A stretch of 64,000 nt of DNA from Candidatus Poribacteria bacterium (GTDB taxonomy: Bacteria; Poribacteria; WGA-4E; WGA-3G): positions 142,292-206,291 of the forward strand of contig JAJEIP010000066.1 in NCBI GenBank assembly GCA_022827885.1, written 5' to 3'. The translations under genes were made by a program, and so were the position numbers. The notes under the pieces were generated by a model that was given only the letters and a program-made list of their open reading frames with translations, ran no database searches and was not told the origin of the DNA. Shown here one piece after another: positions 1-9,642 of the stretch (position 1 is its first letter; the number at the start of each line of letters is the position of its first letter).

Positions 1-133
1 TGCAGGACCCCCTCTACAGTAAATTTCCTCTTGTCTAAGGTGGTGAATTATGACAAAATGTGATATGCCCTCTCCCGTTAATTTACATGATAATACCGTA
101 TAAGGCAAGCCATATTTGAAGGAAAAGGTAGAC

Positions 134-814
134 ATGAATATATTTGATGAAACTCGTAAACATTACAATGCGGCGGGTGTCCACCCGACCACTGATCCTG
201 ATAATCCAAGATCCCAATTTGCCGTTGAGAGATATGAAAACTATTTGCCTAAACTCATAAAACCCGGCATGCGTGCCTTAGACTTGGGCTGCAATGCAGG
301 ACGGTATACCTTTGCTATGGAAGACATGGGCGCGATAGCAACAGGTATTGACTTCGCAGAGATTCCACTCCTTCACGCCAAAAAGGTCGCAGAGAAAAGA
401 AAGAGTCGCTGTCAATTTAACATCGGAGATATGACTGCGCTACCTTACAAAGAGAATTCTTTCGATCTTGCGTTGCTTCCCCAAAATAATGGTTACTTAT
501 CGTATCAGACGCTGGAGGACTTAACAGTTCAACTGAAAGGGATTCTATCGGATAACGGTATCTTCGTGGTCATTATACACGATGAGTTGGTCAAAAGAGC
601 AGGAGAGGAAACCCTTCCAGAGCGATACGATGTCCAGACAGGTGTAATGGGCGGAAACAGGACAATTCCTGACAAAGGTGTGTACGCGGCTCCATGGTAC
701 TTTTGGACAATTGCCTTTGCCAAGTACATTATTGAGAAACACTTTGCTTTGGAAAATATAGAACAAATAGAAGAAAATAGATTTATGTTGGTGTTTCGAA
801 ATAAAAAGAGATGA
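134..814 (+). CDS. class I SAM-dependent methyltransferase
   Basis: ORF 116..814. SAM-binding motif I-like LDLGCNAGRYT followed by GIDFA. The ATG at 134 is preceded by AAGG; the TTG at 116 is an alternative start. Confidence 0.75.
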   Translation: MNIFDETRKHYNAAGVHPTTDPDNPRSQFAVERYENYLPKLIKPGMRALDLGCNAGRYTFAMEDMGAIATGIDFAEIPLLHAKKVAEKRKSRCQFNIGDMTALPYKENSFDLALLPQNNGYLSYQTLEDLTVQLKGILSDNGIFVVIIHDELVKRAGEETLPERYDVQTGVMGGNRTIPDKGVYAAPWYFWTIAFAKYIIEKHFALENIEQIEENRFMLVFRNKKR

Positions 815-829
815 GGGTTGAATAGGATC

Positions 830-1633
830 TTAGCCAACCTGACCAATGTACAAGATATGCGCAGCCATATCCACGATGGCGGGTTCTGTCGCTGTTTCTA
901 AGACTAACTCGACCCAACGTTCCCACTTTGCTGGGTCTTCTGCCACCGTGTTGGTAGCTTCGGGTAATCCCGTTGAAAGTCCCTCGCACCCCACCATTTC
1001 CAATGTGATTAACCCACACGATTCAGCGAGCTGCCGCAGTTCAGAAGCCCGAAAAAAATGCCACAAACTGTCGCGAACAAGGTTATTTCCTTTTCCCGCC
1101 TTTATGAGTTCCCAGTACCGGGGCGTTATCAGTTCATGACTGACCCGACTGAGGACTGTCCGCAGCATCGCCAGATAACCCACAACGGCAACGCAGACGA
1201 TCGCCCCAGGTTTAGCGACCCGAACCAATTCAGAGATTGCTTGAATTCGCTCGGCTTCATCGCTGATATGCGTCAACGGACCCCCAAGGCATAGCACCGC
1301 GTCAAAGTCATCCGTGTTGAAGCGTGAGAGGTCTCGGACATCTCCAACAACCGACGCAATCAATCGGTCTGAAACGGATTTCGGTTCTAACTTGATTTTT
1401 TCTTCAGCAAAGGTTATATATGTTGGGTCAATATCCAAGAGAACGACATCATAGCCTACCCGACAAAATTCGAGGGCATAACGTCCTGGTCCGCCACCTG
1501 CATCTAAAATTTTGCCCGTTTCGGGAAGGTGTTTCCGAAGGTAATGCATCGTGACCAAGAATTCCAGCGAGTTATAAGCATCCTTCACAAGCCGATGCCA
1601 TTCACCCGTTTCCACTTCATTTTTTCTCTGCAT
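830..1633 (-). CDS. class I SAM-dependent methyltransferase
   Basis: 267 aa ORF. Motif I ILDAGGGPGRYA, then acidic LLDID and a post-I/II pattern typical of the Methyltransf_11/25 fold. Confidence 0.8.
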   Translation of the reverse strand: MQRKNEVETGEWHRLVKDAYNSLEFLVTMHYLRKHLPETGKILDAGGGPGRYALEFCRVGYDVVLLDIDPTYITFAEEKIKLEPKSVSDRLIASVVGDVRDLSRFNTDDFDAVLCLGGPLTHISDEAERIQAISELVRVAKPGAIVCVAVVGYLAMLRTVLSRVSHELITPRYWELIKAGKGNNLVRDSLWHFFRASELRQLAESCGLITLEMVGCEGLSTGLPEATNTVAEDPAKWERWVELVLETATEPAIVDMAAHILYIGQVG

Positions 1634-1753
1634 TAGATAAATCCTTAATTTTTCTGCTTGTTTGACACGATGAATTGTGTCAAAATAGTCGGGACGCTTA
1701 TCTCAGCGTATTACTGCTTTGATGGGTTACCCCAAAGCACAGGAGTTATGTAA

Positions 1754-2506
1754 ATGTCACAACATGACGCAATAGAACATCTCGAAACATTCGGTTATTG
1801 TTTGATTGAGGATGCGATCCCCGCACCACAAGCCGATGCAATGGCGGAGAAATACTTTCAACTCCATCGAAACCCCGCAAATCGTGCTGCCTTTCAGGAC
1901 CCGAATGATGAACTGTATCAGACCCTTTTCGGCGTAGTCAACCTCGATGAGATGTGTTGGGAGTGCATCGCACATCCACAGGTGCTGCAAGTCGTCCGCC
2001 ATTTTCTCGGCGACAACGTAAGGCTCGGTGAGGCTTGCACAAAGTGGGTCAAACCCCGCGCACCACAGGGCGGTATCCATTCCGATTCGACGCACGACTT
2101 ACCAGCGCGTCTACCCGAAACACCGTGGATGATTAATTCGATCTGGATGATAACGGATTTTACCGTTGAAAACGGTGCGACGCTTGTTGTGCCATTCAGC
2201 CATCACGCACGGCGTAGACCTTCGGCATCCGATATTGCAGAGAGCCATCCAGTGCCTATCTGCGGGCGACGCGGTTCCGTGTTATTGTGGCACGGTGGCA
2301 CATGGCACGGACAGGGCGCGAACACAACTGACGACCAGCATCGCATGGCATTGAATATCGCCTACTACCCTCCGTGGTGGAATCTCATGCGGGAAGGTGG
2401 ACATCAACCCGTCTTTCCAGAAACATTTGCGCGAATGCCGGAGGACCTCCAAGCCCTCGTTCGACATAAAGTCGCAAAACGGCGTGCAGACATCTATGAG
2501 TTCTAA
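1754..2506 (+). CDS. phytanoyl-CoA dioxygenase (PhyH) family Fe(II)/2-oxoglutarate oxygenase
   Basis: 250 aa ORF. N-terminal GYCLIED pattern, HSD facial-triad motif (GGIHSDS) and a distal WHG..N motif. Confidence 0.75.
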   Translation: MSQHDAIEHLETFGYCLIEDAIPAPQADAMAEKYFQLHRNPANRAAFQDPNDELYQTLFGVVNLDEMCWECIAHPQVLQVVRHFLGDNVRLGEACTKWVKPRAPQGGIHSDSTHDLPARLPETPWMINSIWMITDFTVENGATLVVPFSHHARRRPSASDIAESHPVPICGRRGSVLLWHGGTWHGQGANTTDDQHRMALNIAYYPPWWNLMREGGHQPVFPETFARMPEDLQALVRHKVAKRRADIYEF

Positions 2507-2524
2507 TCTAACCAAACGCTCGCG

Positions 2525-3001
2525 TTATCGTTGTGCTACGGTCTTGAGAATCTGCTTGGTAGCGTCCGAAATATTAAGCGTTGTGAACGCCGCATCGGAC
2601 AACGCAACCAAATAGTACGCTTGATGTTCGGTGGGATTAACTTTGATCTTACCGTCCTTGACCTCAACAATAAAATTGAAATGTCTCGTTTTTTTACCGG
2701 AACTGGATCTATAATCAAAGGATCCGAGATATTCAAGGACTGATATTACCACAAGTCCTGTCTCTTCCTGCACTTCCCGTGCAAGTGCAGTGAGTAGGTC
2801 CTCCCCCGTCTCCACGGTACCACTTGGAATTTCAACAAATCCACCCATGAAGTCAGATAGCACTCGCTCTATGAGTAAGAATTTGTTGTTTATGCGGATT
2901 ACCGCGCCCACAACCAGTTTTTGCACGCTGTCTTTTTGCGCATCAATCACCAACTGCTGAATCATAGCATGTTCAATATTTGACTGCATATCGTGTTTCA
3001 T
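2525..3001 (-). CDS. NUDIX hydrolase
   Basis: Nudix box GGFVEIPSGTVETGEDLLTALAREVQEETGL (GX5EX7REUXEEXGU). Overlaps the upstream gene's stop by 4 nt. Confidence 0.85.
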   Translation of the reverse strand: MKHDMQSNIEHAMIQQLVIDAQKDSVQKLVVGAVIRINNKFLLIERVLSDFMGGFVEIPSGTVETGEDLLTALAREVQEETGLVVISVLEYLGSFDYRSSSGKKTRHFNFIVEVKDGKIKVNPTEHQAYYLVALSDAAFTTLNISDATKQILKTVAQR

Positions 3002-4251
3002 CTAACTCGCTGCCCCGCCTGAAATACCGCTATCACTCGGCTAAACGCCTCTACATCGTCTGTCGGATCGCTCCCGAAAGCAACGAGATCAGCGACTTTG
3101 CCCGGGGCAATAGTCCCAATCTCATCCGCCATTCCGATCGCCTCGGCGGAGATACGGGTCGCTGAGATCAGTGCCTCCGCAGGCGTAAACCCGACTTGAA
3201 CAAGCAGTTGCAAGTCATAATCAAGATGACCAAACGCAAGGTTACCAACACCTGAGTCGGTGCCGGGGACAATTCGGTCACGCAGGTCATAGTCAAGCAT
3301 GCGTCGCATCACATCAAGGCGTCCTTCTGCCCGCGCCTCAAGTTGCTGCAATTCGGTCGCTTCGTCAGGCGAAATGGTATCCGTGTCGCGTTTCGCACGG
3401 AGTTCAACGATACGGGGATACCCCGTCCATGCTTGAAGGGTCGGACTAATCCAGATGCCGGATTCCGCCATCATCTCGGCAATTTTCGGATCAAACCGGA
3501 GTTCACCGTCCGGATCGAGAAATTCCGCATGCTCCATCAAGTCGATGCCCGCTTCCACGGCGCGCACCATCGATTCTTTCGCCCGGCAATGCGCCACCGT
3601 GAGCCGATGGAAGTGGTGTGCCTCATGAACAGCGGCGTGCAATTCGGCGACGGAGTAACTGGCGCGTCCCGGAATCGTTCCAGCAGTCCCGCCACCCGAT
3701 GCCATAATCTTGATGTAATCCGCGCCTTCGTGAACCAAACGGCGAACGGAGCGTCGCATCTCAGCCTCGCCATCTGCCGTTTCGTTACACATGTGGAAGT
3801 GCCCACCTGTGCAAGTGATGGGTCGTCCGCTCACTAAGGTCCGGGGACCGGGAATATAACCGCGTTCAAGCCCTTCCTTGAGTGTGAATCCCACCCTGTT
3901 CCTCGCACCGTGCTCGCGAATAGTTGTAATCCCTGCAGCGAGATGGCGTTGTAGATTCATCGCGCCAGTCAGCACCATCATCTCATCGGTTTCCGAGAAC
4001 ATCTGAATATAATTGCGTCCATCGCCTGCCAGACTCAGATGTGTATGCCCATCAATGAGTCCCGGCGTGATGTATGCATCTCCAAGGTCGATAACTTCTG
4101 CATCGGCAGGGGTCTGTTTCGCAATATCTGCCTGATGTCCAACGGCCTCAATCCGTCCATCGGTCACAAGAATTGCCTGATCGGTTTTAACGGATGTGCT
4201 TATCCCATCGATGAGTCGAGCGGCACGGATCTGAACAATTTGGTTTGGCAT
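2998..4251 (-). CDS. amidohydrolase family protein (metal-dependent hydrolase)
   Basis: 417 aa ORF. GLIDGHTHL metal-binding motif near the N-terminus. Later H and D residues are arranged as in imidazolonepropionase/prolidase-like amidohydrolases. Confidence 0.8.
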   Translation of the reverse strand: MPNQIVQIRAARLIDGISTSVKTDQAILVTDGRIEAVGHQADIAKQTPADAEVIDLGDAYITPGLIDGHTHLSLAGDGRNYIQMFSETDEMMVLTGAMNLQRHLAAGITTIREHGARNRVGFTLKEGLERGYIPGPRTLVSGRPITCTGGHFHMCNETADGEAEMRRSVRRLVHEGADYIKIMASGGGTAGTIPGRASYSVAELHAAVHEAHHFHRLTVAHCRAKESMVRAVEAGIDLMEHAEFLDPDGELRFDPKIAEMMAESGIWISPTLQAWTGYPRIVELRAKRDTDTISPDEATELQQLEARAEGRLDVMRRMLDYDLRDRIVPGTDSGVGNLAFGHLDYDLQLLVQVGFTPAEALISATRISAEAIGMADEIGTIAPGKVADLVAFGSDPTDDVEAFSRVIAVFQAGQRVR

Positions 4252-4282
4252 GAATCGAACTCCTTTAGATGCTATACGGGTT

Positions 4283-5125
4283 TCAGACTTTTACAACGAA
4301 TTCACATCCCTGTCGGAACCATTCCCGCAAGATGGTATCCTCATTGCAGGTCCGTTTCGCCTGCGAACCTGTTGCCTGCGAGAGATCTATCGTTACCGAG
4401 ACGATGTCATCTCCAAAAAATCCAGCCTCTTTAATGACGTTACCATCTGGATGCACAATCTTCGAGTTGCCATGCGACGAGCCGGGTGAACCGATGTCAT
4501 CAGGGTTTGCGGGTGTATTCGCCATCAGGAGATAGATACCGTTTTCCGTCGCTCGTGAGATCGGCATAGCACGGTAGGCGGAGAGTTTGTATTCCGACAG
4601 CAATCCGGCTTCACAAGAGCAAAATATACAGAGTTGCGCACCCAGCGCCGCGGGTAATTTGACTAACTCCGGATAGCGGACATCGTGGCAGATGATAAAA
4701 CAACACGCAACGCCAGCGAGTTCCACAATCGGTAACGGACCGCGATTGTTCGTGCACCACTGCTCCCCTGCGAGAAAGGTTTTGCCATAACGATATTTGA
4801 GCGTCCCTTGCGGATCGAAAATCGCGAGGTCGTTGTGCCAGTGCTCTCCATCGTGATGTGCCGATCCAACGACAACAGCGATCCCGTGTCGACGCGCCGC
4901 TGCAGAAATTTTTGCCTCAACCTCTTTAAAAACCTGTGGCGAGATGTGTTCCCAATAATCCGTCCGGCAGCAGTAACCGAACAGACAGCCTTCAGGGAAT
5001 GCCGCAATCTGGATCTCCATCTCTGCACACCTTTCAAGCTGCTGGAGCACTTTTGCGGTATTGGCGGAAACGTCTTCGCTTGTGAGCAATTGACATGCCG
5101 CGATTTTAATCTGGTTTTCAGCCAT
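4283..5125 (-). CDS. carbon-nitrogen hydrolase (nitrilase superfamily)
   Basis: Candidate E-K-C catalytic residues: AFPEG, a Lys in YGKTFL, and CCFIICHDVRYPE. The start at 5125 (MAENQIKIAACQ) has AAGGGAGG 6 nt upstream; the track start at 5161 is likely an over-extension. Confidence 0.8.
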   Translation of the reverse strand: MAENQIKIAACQLLTSEDVSANTAKVLQQLERCAEMEIQIAAFPEGCLFGYCCRTDYWEHISPQVFKEVEAKISAAARRHGIAVVVGSAHHDGEHWHNDLAIFDPQGTLKYRYGKTFLAGEQWCTNNRGPLPIVELAGVACCFIICHDVRYPELVKLPAALGAQLCIFCSCEAGLLSEYKLSAYRAMPISRATENGIYLLMANTPANPDDIGSPGSSHGNSKIVHPDGNVIKEAGFFGDDIVSVTIDLSQATGSQAKRTCNEDTILREWFRQGCEFVVKV

Positions 5126-5249
5126 CTGAATGCCTCCCTTCTGTTTCTGCCATTGTAACATATCTATTTGTTTCGTTCAAGTGTGGCTGATGTCCACGAT
5201 AGGGGCGTTCAGGTTCCCTTCTTTTACAAGATTTTGAGAAACCAGGTCT

Positions 5250-5278
5250 GGTAGGTGCGGTTTCTAACCGCACCGGAT
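5250..5278 (+). repeat. REP-like hairpin repeat (GGTAGGTGCGGTTTCTAACCGCACCGGAT)
   Basis: Identical 29-mer also at 16907-16935. Stem GGTGCGG/CCGCACC with loop TTTCTAA. Confidence 0.75.
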
Positions 5279-5351
5279 CGTCGAAAATAGGTGTGAAATC
5301 CGAAATTTCTTAAAACGAAATGATCCTATGTTCACAGAACACGAAAATCAA

Positions 5352-5380
5352 TTGACACACGCCAAGCAATTTGGTATAAG
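5352..5380 (+). promoter_or_regulatory. sigma70-type promoter (TTGACA-17 nt-TATAAG)
   Basis: Read directly: TTGACA at 5352-5357, a 17 nt spacer and TATAAG at 5375-5380, about 45 nt upstream of the dehydratase ATG. Confidence 0.55.
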
Positions 5381-5424
5381 GATTAAAAGATCGAGAACGA
5401 AGTGTAAATAGGAGAAAATTGATT

Positions 5425-6585
5425 ATGAAAATTACCGACATCAAACCATATCCTGTTTGGGTAGGACACAGAAATCAGCATATCGTTAAAGTCGAGACCG
5501 ATGAAGGTATCTATGGGTGGGGCGAGTCTGGACTTTCGAGTCGAGAATTGGCTGTGGTAGGAGCAGTTAAACACTATCGTGAATTTCTCATCGGGCGCGA
5601 TCCGATGCGGATCGGCGGGTTGTGGCAGGAGATGTACCGGAGCCAGTATTTTGAGGGTGGTCGGGCATTGACAGGTGCAATCTCGGCAATTGACATCGCA
5701 CTCCACGATATTGTCGGGAAAGCGTTGAACGTACCGGTCTACCAATTGCTGGGTGGCAAGCAACGCGACGCCGTTCCATGTTTTGCAACGACCGGCGCGG
5801 CGACGGTTGAGGAACTCATTGCGAACGCGAATTTATTGCTTGAGAACGGGTGGAACGTCATCCGAACAAACGTTCTACATCGTGCGGAGCCAGGCGAGGA
5901 GAATATCTTTGAACCCCGAGAGTCCATCAGTCTTGCCGCAGAATGGTTGACGGCACTCCGGGAAGCCATCGGACCTGAACCCGTCCTCGGTATCGACTAT
6001 CATCACCGACTCAGTGTTGCGGAAGCCGCATCTTTCTGTCAACGGATGCCCTCCGGCACACTCGATTTTTTGGAGGAACCGATCCGAGATGAGACCCCGG
6101 AGGCGTATGAATCGCTGCGGACGATGGTCGATGTTCCGTTCGCTATTGGCGAGGAATTTTCCAGTAAGTGGCAGTTCCTCCCCTATCTCGAGCGCGGCAT
6201 CACGAACTTTGCCCGACTGGACGTCTGCAATGTCGGTGGCTTGACGGAATCGATGAAGGTTGCAGGCTTGGCTGAGACACACTATATCGACCTGATGCCC
6301 CACAACCCGTTAGGTCCGATATGCACGGCTGCGACGGTTCATCTCGCAGCAGCGGTTCCGAACTTCGCGTGGTTAGAAATCCGAGTCTCTCCCACAGAAA
6401 AATCTGGACATTACGATGAGGACCTGTTTCCCGTGCAACATAAACTTGAAGGCGCTGTTATACCGGTTCCGGACGGTCCCGGCTTGGGCGTTGAGGTTGA
6501 TGAGGAACTCGTAACGTCACAGACCTTCAAATTCGCGGAACCGCCACACCTCCGCCGACGCGACGGATCCCACACCAACTGGTAG
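5425..6585 (+). CDS. enolase-superfamily dehydratase (D-galactonate/D-mannonate dehydratase-like, MR/MLE family)
   Basis: MKITDIKPY..VKVETDEGIYGWGE..AISAIDIALHDIVGK..PVYQLLGG is typical of the ManD/DgoD branch. AGGAGA lies 8 nt upstream of the ATG at 5425. Confidence 0.85.
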   Translation: MKITDIKPYPVWVGHRNQHIVKVETDEGIYGWGESGLSSRELAVVGAVKHYREFLIGRDPMRIGGLWQEMYRSQYFEGGRALTGAISAIDIALHDIVGKALNVPVYQLLGGKQRDAVPCFATTGAATVEELIANANLLLENGWNVIRTNVLHRAEPGEENIFEPRESISLAAEWLTALREAIGPEPVLGIDYHHRLSVAEAASFCQRMPSGTLDFLEEPIRDETPEAYESLRTMVDVPFAIGEEFSSKWQFLPYLERGITNFARLDVCNVGGLTESMKVAGLAETHYIDLMPHNPLGPICTAATVHLAAAVPNFAWLEIRVSPTEKSGHYDEDLFPVQHKLEGAVIPVPDGPGLGVEVDEELVTSQTFKFAEPPHLRRRDGSHTNW

Positions 6586-6672
6586 CAGATCAAACCAAAC
6601 CTATGACCTCTGTCCCGAGAATGCACTCATAAGCCGAAAACTGAAGGTCTCTGTTGTAAGATTAGATTTCTC

Positions 6673-6701
6673 TTAACTATTCACACAAAGTATGTTATAC
6701 T
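6673..6701 (+). promoter_or_regulatory. candidate promoter (TTAACT-17 nt-TATACT) for brnTA
   Basis: Hexamers and spacing read directly; about 50 nt upstream of brnT. Confidence 0.4.
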
Positions 6702-6751
6702 GTACGCAACTTGGTAAGAATTAGAATAAGACACGCCTCAAACCAGCCATA

Positions 6752-7030
6752 ATGGAATTTGAATGGGACGAACAGAAAAATCAAGAATGTATCCAAAAAC
6801 GTGGAATTAGTTTCAAACGCGCGTCCCTCGTTTTTGATGACCCTGATCGGATAGAGCGCGTAGATGTTCGATACGACTACGGCGAAGAAAGAATCGTTGT
6901 CCTTGGCCGAAGCGCAAGTCGTCTCTTGTATGTGGTTTATACATGGCGCGGCAACACGCGTCGTATTATTTCAGCAAGGAAGGCAACTAAAAATGAAAGA
7001 CAAATCTACTTTAGTCAAATACACCCGTGA
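6752..7030 (+). CDS. brnT: BrnT family ribonuclease toxin (DUF497)
   Basis: MEFEWDEQKN..KRGISF..VFDDP..RIISARKATKNERQIY matches the BrnT/DUF497 pattern. Confidence 0.85.
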   Translation: MEFEWDEQKNQECIQKRGISFKRASLVFDDPDRIERVDVRYDYGEERIVVLGRSASRLLYVVYTWRGNTRRIISARKATKNERQIYFSQIHP

Positions 7031-7316
7031 AGAACTTGGACAGGTTACCGATGAAACGGATTGGGAGAAAGTCGATGCAATGACCGATGAGGAAGTTTAT
7101 CAGGACGCGCTTAATGATAAAGATGCCCAACCTACCGATGAAACTTTTTGGAAAACCGCACCTCTCCCTTCACACTTCACAGGTATCGATCAGGATATCT
7201 TAAAGTGGTTCAAAGCCCGTGACGTTGATTACGAAGCACAAATTAACACCGTGCTCCGGTCATACATGGAAGCAAACAGACAGGGAGGCACATCAAATGA
7301 AAACCCAAACGATTAG
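6993..7316 (+). CDS. brnA: BrnA antitoxin
   Basis: In-frame ATG at 6993 within ORF 6864..7316. Acidic N-terminal region with DWEKVDAMTDEE and a C-terminal ribbon-helix-helix-like INTVLRSYM. Overlaps brnT by 38 nt, the usual toxin-first BrnTA order. Confidence 0.75.
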   Translation: MKDKSTLVKYTREELGQVTDETDWEKVDAMTDEEVYQDALNDKDAQPTDETFWKTAPLPSHFTGIDQDILKWFKARDVDYEAQINTVLRSYMEANRQGGTSNENPND

Positions 7317-8229
7317 GTATGGAGAAAGCGGCGGGGTTGAAGTAATTGATGTTGATGTATCCGATCCGCAGGCGGGTGAAGTTCAGGTTCAGAGTGCCGC
7401 TTGTGGGATATGTGCATGGGACTTAGCCACTTTTCGCTATGGTGGCACGGCACCACCCGGGCACGAAGGGGTCGGCTATATCACAAAAGTTGGGCGGGGT
7501 GTCCGGGACCTTGAGGAAGGGATGCGTGTTACAGGACAAGGGTTGGGATTCGACGGTATTAAGAACTGCACAGCCGACCGTATGTATGTCCTCCCAGAAT
7601 CCGACCTCGCCGACGAATATTGGATTGTTGAGCCGGTTTCATGCGTTGTAACGGGGTTGGACACCGCACCGCTGCGACCCGCTGACAACGTCGCAGTGAT
7701 TGGGTGCGGTTTTATGGGACTCATGTTCATCCAGGCACTGAGCCAATTCTACACGCACGATCTTATCGCTATTGATATCGTCGAAGATCGGCTGAAATTG
7801 GCGAAATCGCTCGGTGCGCAATTCACGTATAATCCAGCAGAAATTGATGCCGCCGAGTTGATCGCAGAACTAAAGGGACGCTCGATTGACGTGATATTCG
7901 ACTGTTCTGGTAAACCACAAGGATTAAATCTCGCCACCAAGATTGTTCGTAGGGGCGGACACATTAACCTCTTCGGTTGGGTTCGAGAGGAAGTGACGAT
8001 CAACGGTTCCGAATGGCACGGCGGTGGATTTAATTTGGTGAGTTCGTCGCCGGGCGCGAAGATACGGGACACGTTTCCACCAGCGATTCGGCTCCTCGAG
8101 CGTGGCCACATCGACCTCAGACCGCTTGTAACGCACATCGTCCCACTGCAGGAGTACCCCGCACTCCTTGAAGAAGCAACGGGTGGAGACGGAAGCTACA
8201 TCAAAGGCGTCGTGAAGGCGATTTCTTAA
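7297..8229 (+). CDS. zinc-type alcohol dehydrogenase (MDR superfamily)
   Basis: GHEGVGYITKVG zinc motif and a VIGCGFMGLM Rossmann motif. The ATG at 7297 is preceded by GGGAGG. Overlaps the brnA 3' end by 20 nt. Confidence 0.8.
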   Translation: MKTQTIRYGESGGVEVIDVDVSDPQAGEVQVQSAACGICAWDLATFRYGGTAPPGHEGVGYITKVGRGVRDLEEGMRVTGQGLGFDGIKNCTADRMYVLPESDLADEYWIVEPVSCVVTGLDTAPLRPADNVAVIGCGFMGLMFIQALSQFYTHDLIAIDIVEDRLKLAKSLGAQFTYNPAEIDAAELIAELKGRSIDVIFDCSGKPQGLNLATKIVRRGGHINLFGWVREEVTINGSEWHGGGFNLVSSSPGAKIRDTFPPAIRLLERGHIDLRPLVTHIVPLQEYPALLEEATGGDGSYIKGVVKAIS

Positions 8230-8260
8230 TTTTCCTTGCGGTTCGTTCAGGTCGGACTTT

Positions 8261-9388
8261 CTATCCGAACAGATATTTTTCCACAATATCTTCGCGCACC
8301 GTGACACCCAATCCCGGAACATCGCGTATCGCGACATACCCATCCGCTTGGACCCACGGATCGCTGACCAATTCATGCTGCATCGGGGATTCATGGGGCT
8401 TAAAATCCGTGCAATCCGCATGCGGTGAACTCGCGAGCATGTGCAGACTCGCCGCCGTGTTTAAGGCACTGCTCCATGAATGCGCACTGAACAGGAGGTT
8501 CTCCGCCTCAACGAGTTTGATGACGTGCCGACTGCCGGTGAGACCATGGCACCGCCCTGGATCAATTTGGACGATATCGACACCCCCCGACTGGATAAGC
8601 CGTTTGTAACTTTCGACATCCCATTCATCTTCACCTGTCCCGATGGGCGTCATAACCGCTGATCGCAGTTGGGCATACGCTTCAAAGTTTTGGGGTGGGA
8701 GGGGTTGCTCTATCCATTTGAGCCGATAGGGTTCGAGATCCCGGAAGCGTTGAATCGCTGTCGGGACATCCCAAATACGGCGGTGACCGGGCGTATCAAT
8801 GACAAACTCAAGTTCGTCCCCGATGACCTCACGCACACGACGAATCATCTCTATATCCCGCTGGCGATCGAGACCGAACACCGCTTCGGGTCGCATCCCC
8901 CAACCGCCCTTAACGACGCGGTAGCCTTGTTCTCGCAACCACCGAAATTCGTTGAGTGTCCAGTCCAAGTCTTCCATATCAAAAATGAATGATGCCATTG
9001 CGACGATTTTGTCGTGGACTTGACCCCCAAGGAGCTGGCAAACCGGTAAACCGAGTGCCTTGCCCTTTAAGTCCCATAACGCCATATCCACAGCACTGAC
9101 AGCGAATGCCGCAATGCCTTCAGGACCATACCACCAAATGTGGTCGAGCATTTTGTGCCAGTGCCGTTCCACATCCAAAGCATCTTCACCCGTAAGCATC
9201 GGGGCAAATCCCTGATCGATAATTATCTGTGTTGCGAGTGTCGCTTCTCGGAATTGCGAGATACACTCCCCCCAACCCACAAGACCGTCATCGCTCTCCA
9301 CACGAGCGAGTGTGATGTAGCGTTCGATACCTTTGTAGTGTGGTTCCGGATAGGCAAGCGGAAACGCCTGAATTTTTTTAATTTTCAT
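8261..9388 (-). CDS. enolase-superfamily enzyme (mandelate racemase/muconate lactonizing family)
   Basis: MKIKKIQAFPL..DDGLVGWGEC..AVSAVDMALWDLKGKALGLPVCQLLGG plus metal-ligand D/E/D spacing. I use the start at 9388 with GGAGGA upstream. The 88 aa N-terminal extension in the track runs through repeat sequence. Confidence 0.8.
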   Translation of the reverse strand: MKIKKIQAFPLAYPEPHYKGIERYITLARVESDDGLVGWGECISQFREATLATQIIIDQGFAPMLTGEDALDVERHWHKMLDHIWWYGPEGIAAFAVSAVDMALWDLKGKALGLPVCQLLGGQVHDKIVAMASFIFDMEDLDWTLNEFRWLREQGYRVVKGGWGMRPEAVFGLDRQRDIEMIRRVREVIGDELEFVIDTPGHRRIWDVPTAIQRFRDLEPYRLKWIEQPLPPQNFEAYAQLRSAVMTPIGTGEDEWDVESYKRLIQSGGVDIVQIDPGRCHGLTGSRHVIKLVEAENLLFSAHSWSSALNTAASLHMLASSPHADCTDFKPHESPMQHELVSDPWVQADGYVAIRDVPGLGVTVREDIVEKYLFG

Positions 9389-9642
9389 ATTTTTAATTTT
9401 GTCCTCCTGGACTGCGCTCCAAATGTAAAGCAAAGACAAATTATGCCATTTAAGGCATAATTTCATTACGCGCAGGTTTCTGGTTAAGTCACAACTGGAA
9501 TTGATGATTTGTCCCGTCGGGTAAACGTAGGTTGGGTTGAGCGATAAAAACCAAAACCCCATCTTATTTATACGGAAAAACCTGCTCTGAGATACCATAT
9601 TCGCGTGAATAGCAATAGCGAAACCCAACAAACCGAACTGGA

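Noticed and set aside
1664-1700. Inverted repeat TTGACAC-GATGAATT-GTGTCAA in the divergent region between a methyltransferase gene and a PhyH gene, considered as an operator or promoter.
   Set aside because: It is a single occurrence of a 7 bp stem. The TTGACA has no convincing -10 partner at 16-18 nt. The evidence is too weak to call, although it could be a regulator site.
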